A stretch of DNA of 31,268 nucleotides from the IMG/VR virus record IMGVR_UViG_3300007735_000603, positions 1-31,268 of that record. The stretch is one strand, 5' to 3'. Below are positions 24,696-31,268 of the stretch, in pieces. The position numbers and the translations under genes are program-made. This DNA is from a virus. Its lineage: Duplodnaviria > Caudoviricetes. Within the stretch, counting starts at the first letter, position 1. Each line of letters starts with the position of its first letter. Below the pieces are notes generated by a model. It worked only from the letters and a program-made list of their open reading frames with translations, was not told where the DNA came from and ran no database searches.

Positions 24696-25484
24696 CTAGG
24701 AATAATTATACTGTTGAGTTAAGGCGTTACCCATTGATATTGCTGCGTTTCCTGCCATGTTTTGTGCGGCAGTTTGGCCACCAAGCATCATTTGAGCGGC
24801 AGTATCAATGTTGCGACGAATTTGAGCAGCCGCCATTTGACGTTGAAGTTCAGTTTTTCCACGTGCTTCTGAACCTTCAAAAATATAAGGCATTGTTTTT
24901 TTCATACCTTCTAAGCCAATATCTTGTTGCAGGCGTTGCGCCAGAAAAGCGGCCTGGGTTCGACCGGTAGGATCTAGAACATCCCAAGGAGTCATTCCAT
25001 GTGCTTGAGCTGCAAGATCATCAGGTACGGCCCCACCTGGAGAAATAAATTGACCGGAGGGCTGGTTTTGTCTTGACATAATGGCGCCGGTAGCGCCTAT
25101 TGTTTGAGGAACCGTACCTAATAGTTGATTACCTATCTTAGATGCGCCACCACTTAGTTCGGAGGCTACCCCACCAATCAAAGGTGCAGCAATTGCTGCG
25201 CCTGCAAGAGGGATGCCAAGTTGAGCTATAGGTTTTAATCCGCCTGCTAATTCTGCCATTGGACCTACGCCTGCAGCAGTTGAGCGCAAGTTACCAGTAG
25301 CGGCTCTTGTACCTGTTTTAAGTCCTTTGGCGCCTAGCCCACCACCAAAATAACCTAGTCCACCGCCCATTAAAGCTTTGCCGGCATCGCCTTCACGAAT
25401 ACCAGGTAATGCTCCTAAGACAGCAGTGATATAAGGTAGCGCCTGCATTGCCATTCGGCCACCAGTTAAAAGAGCAGGTAACAT
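24696..25484 (-). CDS. Glycine-zipper, Ala/Gln/Met-rich protein (DNA-pilot-like composition)
   Basis: 262 aa; ALMGGGLGYFGGGLG, further hydrophobic helices, Gln-rich C-terminal helix; GAGG SD and TAAAAT box. Confidence 0.75.
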   Translation of the reverse strand: MLPALLTGGRMAMQALPYITAVLGALPGIREGDAGKALMGGGLGYFGGGLGAKGLKTGTRAATGNLRSTAAGVGPMAELAGGLKPIAQLGIPLAGAAIAAPLIGGVASELSGGASKIGNQLLGTVPQTIGATGAIMSRQNQPSGQFISPGGAVPDDLAAQAHGMTPWDVLDPTGRTQAAFLAQRLQQDIGLEGMKKTMPYIFEGSEARGKTELQRQMAAAQIRRNIDTAAQMMLGGQTAAQNMAGNAAISMGNALTQQYNYS

Positions 25485-25525
25485 AATTTAGATCCTCTTG
25501 ATTGTTATTTTAAGCGTAATAATCT

Positions 25526-26035
25526 TTATTCAAAATGACTGCCAATACTTCCACCAAGTTTGGCACCAATTCCCATACCAGCTGGTCCACCAGCAAGAAG
25601 CCCTAGGCCAGCACCTGCAATCTCTCCAATTGTACCTCCCCAACCACTCTTTTGTTTGGAGCTTCCGCCAGTATTAAAAACAAATGGTTGTTGTTGCTCT
25701 GGCACATAAAGAGAAGCATTTTCAAGTATTTGCCCAGCAAATCCGCTTTCACCTAATTTCCTACGTTTAAATGGATTGTTATAAGCAGACTCAGCTTGGC
25801 TTCTGTATTTATCTTTTTCAAATTGTTTTGATAAAGGGCCGGCTACTGCTTTAAGTAATGCTAAGTAATCAGTCTTAGGGTCGTCTGTTCCTGAAGTACC
25901 CCAATCACTTGGCTTAGCTTCCCAAGAACCACCTGGCAAAGCAGTATCTGATCCATGCCAATCAATATTTTCTGGATCAAAGTTATTACTATCGTTCCAG
26001 CTTCCGCTGGTTCCTATGTTAAAACCGTAAGCCAT
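25526..26035 (-). CDS. Protein with acidic Trp-rich N-terminus and C-terminal glycine zipper
   Basis: 169 aa; WGGTIGEIAGAGLGLLAGGPAGMGIGAKLGGSIG. Confidence 0.75.
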   Translation of the reverse strand: MAYGFNIGTSGSWNDSNNFDPENIDWHGSDTALPGGSWEAKPSDWGTSGTDDPKTDYLALLKAVAGPLSKQFEKDKYRSQAESAYNNPFKRRKLGESGFAGQILENASLYVPEQQQPFVFNTGGSSKQKSGWGGTIGEIAGAGLGLLAGGPAGMGIGAKLGGSIGSHFE

Positions 26036-26038
26036 GAT

Positions 26039-27667
26039 TTATTGAATGTGAGGAACAAGTTGTTGCCAGCTTTGAGCTTGTGGTAATCCTAAGGCAGCAC
26101 TTGCCTGCTCAAGGGATCCATGCTTTTGCTTTAAATATTCTACAGGATTCTCTTTTTTGATACGTCGTTCTGCGGCTTTTTGAAATAATTTTTTTGTCGC
26201 ATAGCCTGCTGCAATAGCAGTGCCTACACCTAAAGCAGAAATACCAGCTACCGTTGCAGTGGAAGGAGTGCCGATCAATACTGGACGAGAAATCTTTCTC
26301 ATTGCTTCATCTAGTTCTCCAACTTGGCCGGCAGCTTCACTAGTGTATCGTTTTGCTCTGGAAAGACGATTTTCTAATGTTTGAACTTCAGGAGAAGGAA
26401 CGTTTTTCTTAAGTTCGTTTCTTGCAGAATTGACAATTCTTTCTTTTCTTTTTTCTAAAGTGTATACTCGACTTAATAATTCATTAATATCTGCTTTTGG
26501 GTACTCTTTTGGCAATATTGACCCAGGAGGCAACCCCCTGAGTTCTTCAATAATATTTGTTCCAGTTGGACCAAGTTCAATAGGAGAATCTGGGTATAAA
26601 GTTTTTTTAATTCTGTAACTAATTTTAGAAATTTCTGAATCAATTTTGTCGTAAATTTTACCACGATGTAAAGCTTTTTCGCTTGGTTGTTGATACCTAG
26701 GCTCAGGTGTCACTCCTAACTCTGTTAATTTATTTGTTACTCTTTCTATAATTTGTTTTCCAGTGGCTTGTTTTTGTCTGGCGCCAGAGAGCTGCTCTTC
26801 TATACCTTTTCGTTGTTTTACGGTAGCCGGTGAAACATCAGGACCCTCCATGTAGCGTGCACGTTTCATGGCTTCAGGAAGTGCGCTATAAACCAATGCA
26901 GACGCACCTAATCCGGCAGCAGTTCCAATCACCCCGCTTGCGGTAATTGGCATTCCTTTAATTCTTATTTCAGGATCATTTAATCCCTTTGCTGTACCAC
27001 GAACTAGACCACCTATGGTTGTAAAAGATTGCCCTTCAGGATCAATGCCAGTTAATTTACCGGGTTGCGGTTTAAAATTTTCATAACGTCGATATTGAGT
27101 ATACGTAGAAGGAGCTACATCAGGTCTTTCTTTTTTAAATTCGTTATATGGAAGCATCTGACTACGCTGCCCTAACCCATAACGTAAAGTTGCTTCAAGT
27201 AAAGAAGATTGAGAAGTTCGACCGGTCGGGTCTTCTTCTTTTGAAACAGGTGCAACAGCTTTATAGCCAAGGGGCCGCAAGCCTTGCTGTAAGGGACCGC
27301 GAACATTACTAAGAGCAAGAAGCGTAAGCGGTGCTAGTTTTCCTAGAGTTGCACCTGTAACTGGATCCATGCCCACGGTTTCTGCAACTCTTTTGCCTAT
27401 GTCTCCGGCCATGCGAGAGACATTTGTATATTTCCAAACATTCTTTAAACTGGAATCAGTTAAAAAATCACTAACAGCTGTAGCAACAACTTTTTGTGGG
27501 TTAGAAGCAATATTTTTTAAAGATGAAAGTACGCTACCAGATTTAGATCCAAACCCATATTTACTTTGATATATATCTGAGCGTAGCTCATTGGCCGCAG
27601 ACTTTACAAACTTCTGAACAGCTGCAAGACTATTTGTTAAATAATTTGTATTAGTATTGACGTTCAT
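26039..27667 (-). CDS. Basic protein with two Gly/Ala hydrophobic helices and RMAGD motif
   Basis: 542 aa, TAATG coupling. Confidence 0.75.
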   Translation of the reverse strand: MNVNTNTNYLTNSLAAVQKFVKSAANELRSDIYQSKYGFGSKSGSVLSSLKNIASNPQKVVATAVSDFLTDSSLKNVWKYTNVSRMAGDIGKRVAETVGMDPVTGATLGKLAPLTLLALSNVRGPLQQGLRPLGYKAVAPVSKEEDPTGRTSQSSLLEATLRYGLGQRSQMLPYNEFKKERPDVAPSTYTQYRRYENFKPQPGKLTGIDPEGQSFTTIGGLVRGTAKGLNDPEIRIKGMPITASGVIGTAAGLGASALVYSALPEAMKRARYMEGPDVSPATVKQRKGIEEQLSGARQKQATGKQIIERVTNKLTELGVTPEPRYQQPSEKALHRGKIYDKIDSEISKISYRIKKTLYPDSPIELGPTGTNIIEELRGLPPGSILPKEYPKADINELLSRVYTLEKRKERIVNSARNELKKNVPSPEVQTLENRLSRAKRYTSEAAGQVGELDEAMRKISRPVLIGTPSTATVAGISALGVGTAIAAGYATKKLFQKAAERRIKKENPVEYLKQKHGSLEQASAALGLPQAQSWQQLVPHIQ

Positions 27668-28218
27668 TAGCCGTACTGAGGAACGGGCCCAGACATTATT
27701 TTATACATTGTCTCTAAATCTGCACTTGGGTTACGGTGTACAATTTCCGTTGGTGACTTATAGTTTCTAGCAATAGCTAGGGAAATCTCGTTGTTGTAGC
27801 GTTGTTGCTCAAGGTCTGCGTGATATTGTTGCATCTGCATTAAATCATTACCAGAAGAATAAGGCTGCTGATGTGGTTCTGGTGTAATTATATTTGAAAC
27901 TGCATTAGACAAAGGGGTTGCTGCAATCTGTCCAGTTAGGTTAGCTACTGAAGCAGGTACGCCAAATGCTTCCATTCCGCTGGAAATAGGTGCGGCAATA
28001 CCTGAATGAATCGCTGCGTTAATTAAAGATTGAGGTATTGTTTGTTGTGGTTGTTGATTTACAAGACGCGGTAATACTTGCTGAGCGGCGGCATTAACAG
28101 TAGTATCAAGTGCTATTTGTTTACCAAGTGCCGAAAGCGTGGCTGGATTGCTAAAGTGTGCCTTCATGGCTTGCCCAGCCATTCGTGCACCAGATAGAAT
28201 TGAGGATAGAGGGTTCAT
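27667..28218 (-). CDS. Ala/Gln-rich hypothetical protein with RMAG near N-terminus
   Basis: 183 aa, ATGA overlap with the upstream gene. Confidence 0.75.
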   Translation of the reverse strand: MNPLSSILSGARMAGQAMKAHFSNPATLSALGKQIALDTTVNAAAQQVLPRLVNQQPQQTIPQSLINAAIHSGIAAPISSGMEAFGVPASVANLTGQIAATPLSNAVSNIITPEPHQQPYSSGNDLMQMQQYHADLEQQRYNNEISLAIARNYKSPTEIVHRNPSADLETMYKIMSGPVPQYG

Positions 28219-28682
28219 GAGGTGACTACTCCGCTGTTGCCTGGGATTTTTCCTGCTACTACTTTACTAGGCATATCCATTGGTTGCTTACTTTGGAATG
28301 CAGAAATTGTTGATAAATCTACTTTCTCTTCCTCTGGTATAAGCCCACGATTGACCCCAGAAGCGTATTTATTTGCCCAATCTGTTGCAAGTTGCACGTT
28401 GCGAGCGTCTTTGAATTTTGGTTGCCCATCAGCATTGTCAAATTTTTCTTGTGATGCCATAGCTGTATCCGCACTAAAAACAGCGCGATCAATAAAATCT
28501 GTTCCTACTGTAGATTCACGTGCATCAACGTAAGGATTAGATTTTCTATAGCGTTCTAAAAATTTTTTAGGATCATTTAATACGTCAGGATATGGGCCAG
28601 TGGTTCCAGAATAAGCGGGTTGCCCGTCACGCAAAGCTTGAGCTTTGGGGTCAGTAAAATCCTTGCTGTAATATTGAGTCAT
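28215..28682 (-). CDS. Hypothetical protein
   Basis: 155 aa, A-rich leader. Confidence 0.7.
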   Translation of the reverse strand: MTQYYSKDFTDPKAQALRDGQPAYSGTTGPYPDVLNDPKKFLERYRKSNPYVDARESTVGTDFIDRAVFSADTAMASQEKFDNADGQPKFKDARNVQLATDWANKYASGVNRGLIPEEEKVDLSTISAFQSKQPMDMPSKVVAGKIPGNSGVVTS

Positions 28683-28689
28683 TTTTTTT

Positions 28690-28893
28690 TTATTTACGTT
28701 CTTTGTGCTTGCGTAGTTTGCTCAGAGTTTTTGCAAGGTTAGCTTGTTTAACAGTAGTTTTATCATACTTTTCAGGATTTGCAGTTACTTGAGCGGCAAG
28801 TTCTTTTGTAGACATGCCGCGCTCCTCTGCTTTTTTGGTAAAAGCGCCGGGGTGCTCAATTGCTCCTTTTATCCAGTTTTTGTCTTTAGCCAT
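28690..28893 (-). CDS. Small basic phage protein
   Basis: 67 aa; NWIKGAIEHPGAF...QANLAKTLSKL, a pattern I recognise from small phage head-region proteins. Confidence 0.75.
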   Translation of the reverse strand: MAKDKNWIKGAIEHPGAFTKKAEERGMSTKELAAQVTANPEKYDKTTVKQANLAKTLSKLRKHKERK

Positions 28894-28895
28894 AA

Positions 28896-29345
28896 TTACT
28901 TAGCAAGTAAAGACTTAACGTAAGAAATACCAACTTTTTTATTTACAAGGCCGTTTACAACTTCAGTAATTTGTTTAGCAGCGAGCACTTGAGGTATTTC
29001 ATATGCAGACTTAGAATATTGACGAACTTTGTCTGCTGCTTTTTGTGGCAACCAACGCTCAGCAATCAGAATTGAAATATCTTTTACTTCTTTTGGTGTA
29101 AGTGTACCGTCGCTTACTGCCTCTACTGTAAGCTGAATAGCTTGGTCAATATCTGAACCATTCCATTTTGATAGGTTCTTATCTAAGATTGGATCAATAA
29201 TATCGTAAGCTTTTTTGATTACTGGCCCGTACTTAAGAATATTAGATGCAACCTTAAGACGATTAAATTTAGTAACTGTAACCGTAATTCCAGCTCCTGC
29301 CAGGAGAAAAAAAGCTGGTATAAGAATTGGTTCGAGTCCTGTCAC
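28896..29345 (-). CDS. Single N-terminal TM membrane protein (holin-like possible), GTG start
   Basis: ILIPAFFLLAGAGITVTV TM segment; GAGG SD and TAGAAT box 21 nt upstream. Confidence 0.7.
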   Translation of the reverse strand: MTGLEPILIPAFFLLAGAGITVTVTKFNRLKVASNILKYGPVIKKAYDIIDPILDKNLSKWNGSDIDQAIQLTVEAVSDGTLTPKEVKDISILIAERWLPQKAADKVRQYSKSAYEIPQVLAAKQITEVVNGLVNKKVGISYVKSLLAK

Positions 29346-29387
29346 GGCAATTCCTCAGTTTTGTCTATTCTAGCTCTAGTATGCCGT

Positions 29388-31268
29388 TTAATATGAATTA
29401 AGTTTAGTACTGAGGCCAAGATTTTTCATAACATCTGATACGATTTGAGTTGACGGTCCTGGCATGCTAACTGGAACTTGACTTGTTTCTGAACGAACTA
29501 CGCCACGGGCACGGGCACGCCCAGCAAGTTGTCCAAAGTTTTGAAGACCAATTTGTGCTGTAGAGGTGTTGCGTGCAAGTCCCATTAAAGTATTGAGCGC
29601 ACTATGGGAAATCTCAGGATTATTTGAAGCTGCTAGATGAATGCCGGACTGGCGCAAGGCATTATCAAACTGTTGAGCTAGCATTGGATAAGCAGATTCG
29701 CTTACGCCTTTTGCATTGATTAGTTTATTTGCGGCATTAATAAATTCATTATTTCTGTTTTCTATTACACGTCCAGATGCAGTAACTACATGTGGATTTG
29801 GTAGCTCTATTCCGCTTGCCGCTGCATGTTGTTGTGCAACGTTTGCAAAAATTGCATGAGCTTGATTACCAAAGCGACGTTGAAATTCATTAGTTGTCAT
29901 CGGAATTAAACCGCCTTCAGTTTTTAAATGCAGAACTTGACTTGAACTTTGCGGGCCAAGCAAAGCGTTAAATGTACGTACTTTTTGAGGACTTGTTGCA
30001 GACTTATAAGTTGCTGCCGCTACTTCCGGATCAGACCCTGTTGTTTGACCAGTAAAGCCGGCATACTCAATTCTTCCTTCGCTAAGTGCTTCTTTATCAA
30101 GTGCGCTTACGTTACGCATTGTTCGACCGCCAGCGGTAGAAATAACTGCAGAAGGATTTGCAACTTCCGGAGTTACACCGTGTACATACTCAGCACCAAG
30201 TGTTTCACGTGATGCGCCCTGACGACCTTGTTTAGTTAGCCCAGACACGTTTTCTTCTACATAGCGATCAAGAAGATCTTTTGCAGTAGTGCCTTTTATT
30301 TCACCAGTGCCTATTTCCATTGTGCGCCCGGTTTGATATTGACCTGGATCAAATGTTTGCGAACCAATTGCAACACGTTCTGTTGGTTCAAATGCTTTTT
30401 GTACTGCAAAAGAAAGCTCTCCTCCACCTAATGCAGCATGTGCTTCATCAAGAGAAATACGTTCACCGGTTTTTGCAAAAACTTCTGCAACAAGGCTTGC
30501 AGCTTTTAAAGTTTCTGGAGAAGCATTACGTTCAGGTCTTGCGCCACGGCTATACCATGGATCTTTAATTTCTCCTTTAACTGTTTGCACAGGAGGAAGT
30601 TTAAACTTACCTTCTTCTGCTCTATAAGTATGTTCTCCTGTCCACGGGTCAGCTTGTTGTGTTAAGCCGGAAATAAATGAATCAATCTTATCTACTGTTG
30701 ATGGAACAGTGGCTGAAGTTTGTTGTGAGACGTTAAAAAGTTCTGGCTGCATTACATTTGAACTTTGACCGGTTATAGTTTCTCCGCTTGATGGTTCAAC
30801 GCTAGCTAAAGAACGCATCCGCGCCAAGGCATCAACCTTAGGCATTCCTGAAAGTTCTAATTGAACGGGATCAGATGGGTCAACGCCACGACGAATTTCT
30901 TCAAACGTTAAACCTGCCTTACGTTTATGAGCAACATCAAGAAGACGTGCAGTAGCTTCTGACCGTTGTTGTTGTGCAACGATATCACCAGTCTGTTCTG
31001 GTGCAAATGTCTGACTTGAGGTAATTATTTCACTTTCTGTGATAGGTTTTGTACTTAAAACGGCGTTGCGCTCTATGTTGCGCTCCATGCCTTCTTTGGT
31101 TAACGCAGGCGGTCTAGCTTCAAGTTCTTGTTGATAAATTTTATTTAGTAGGCGATCTTCATATCCTTTATCGCCAGGGATTAATGATCCAACTGGAGAT
31201 CCCTTTGCAACTTGTGCTTCTTGGGTTGCAACTGGAACATCTGCTTGATTGTAACGTTGAGAAGTTGT
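29388..31268 (-). CDS. Large low-complexity protein, partial (open to the right edge; candidate internal virion protein)
   Basis: The frame of track ORF 29388-31088 stays open for 60 more codons to base 31268 (TTSQRYNQADVPVATQ...), so the true start is outside the window. Confidence 0.8.
   Translation of the reverse strand, partial: TTSQRYNQADVPVATQEAQVAKGSPVGSLIPGDKGYEDRLLNKIYQQELEARPPALTKEGMERNIERNAVLSTKPITESEIITSSQTFAPEQTGDIVAQQQRSEATARLLDVAHKRKAGLTFEEIRRGVDPSDPVQLELSGMPKVDALARMRSLASVEPSSGETITGQSSNVMQPELFNVSQQTSATVPSTVDKIDSFISGLTQQADPWTGEHTYRAEEGKFKLPPVQTVKGEIKDPWYSRGARPERNASPETLKAASLVAEVFAKTGERISLDEAHAALGGGELSFAVQKAFEPTERVAIGSQTFDPGQYQTGRTMEIGTGEIKGTTAKDLLDRYVEENVSGLTKQGRQGASRETLGAEYVHGVTPEVANPSAVISTAGGRTMRNVSALDKEALSEGRIEYAGFTGQTTGSDPEVAAATYKSATSPQKVRTFNALLGPQSSSQVLHLKTEGGLIPMTTNEFQRRFGNQAHAIFANVAQQHAAASGIELPNPHVVTASGRVIENRNNEFINAANKLINAKGVSESAYPMLAQQFDNALRQSGIHLAASNNPEISHSALNTLMGLARNTSTAQIGLQNFGQLAGRARARGVVRSETSQVPVSMPGPSTQIVSDVMKNLGLSTKLNSY

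Noticed and set aside
1-31268. Stop-codon reassignment or intein/intron interruption
   Set aside because: Genes tile densely under the standard code using TAA, TAG and TGA stops; TerL and MCP are of normal length and uninterrupted.

Overview
This window is the virion-morphogenesis region of a tailed dsDNA phage. The host is probably a cyanobacterium, judged from protein families I recognise; this is not database-confirmed. Nearly all genes are on the minus strand and tightly packed. In transcription order (right to left) the window holds: a cluster of Gly/Ala/Gln-rich, glycine-zipper and 11-residue-repeat proteins (candidate internal or ejected proteins); terminase small and large subunits; an AbrB-like protein; portal (overlapping the scaffold gene by 548 nt); scaffold; major capsid protein; a second capsid-associated protein; an HhH protein; a head-completion candidate; two peptidoglycan hydrolases; an HExxH metallopeptidase; small basic proteins; a SWIM-like structural protein; and tail fibres, chaperones and a LamG/SPRY-like adhesin. 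I saw no tape measure, sheath, canonical prohead protease, tRNA, CRISPR array or mobile element. The most unusual signals are: (1) a protein-level RMAG(D) motif in four otherwise unrelated low-complexity proteins; (2) a shared C-terminal tail (GNTF...IFxAQPNYL-COOH) on two unrelated cell-wall hydrolases; (3) portal/scaffold dual coding; (4) a SWIM-like motif split by 85 residues; and (5) -10-only promoters at near-constant spacing, one abutting a terminator hairpin. Family assignments come from motif recognition by eye, and GC statements are visual estimates.
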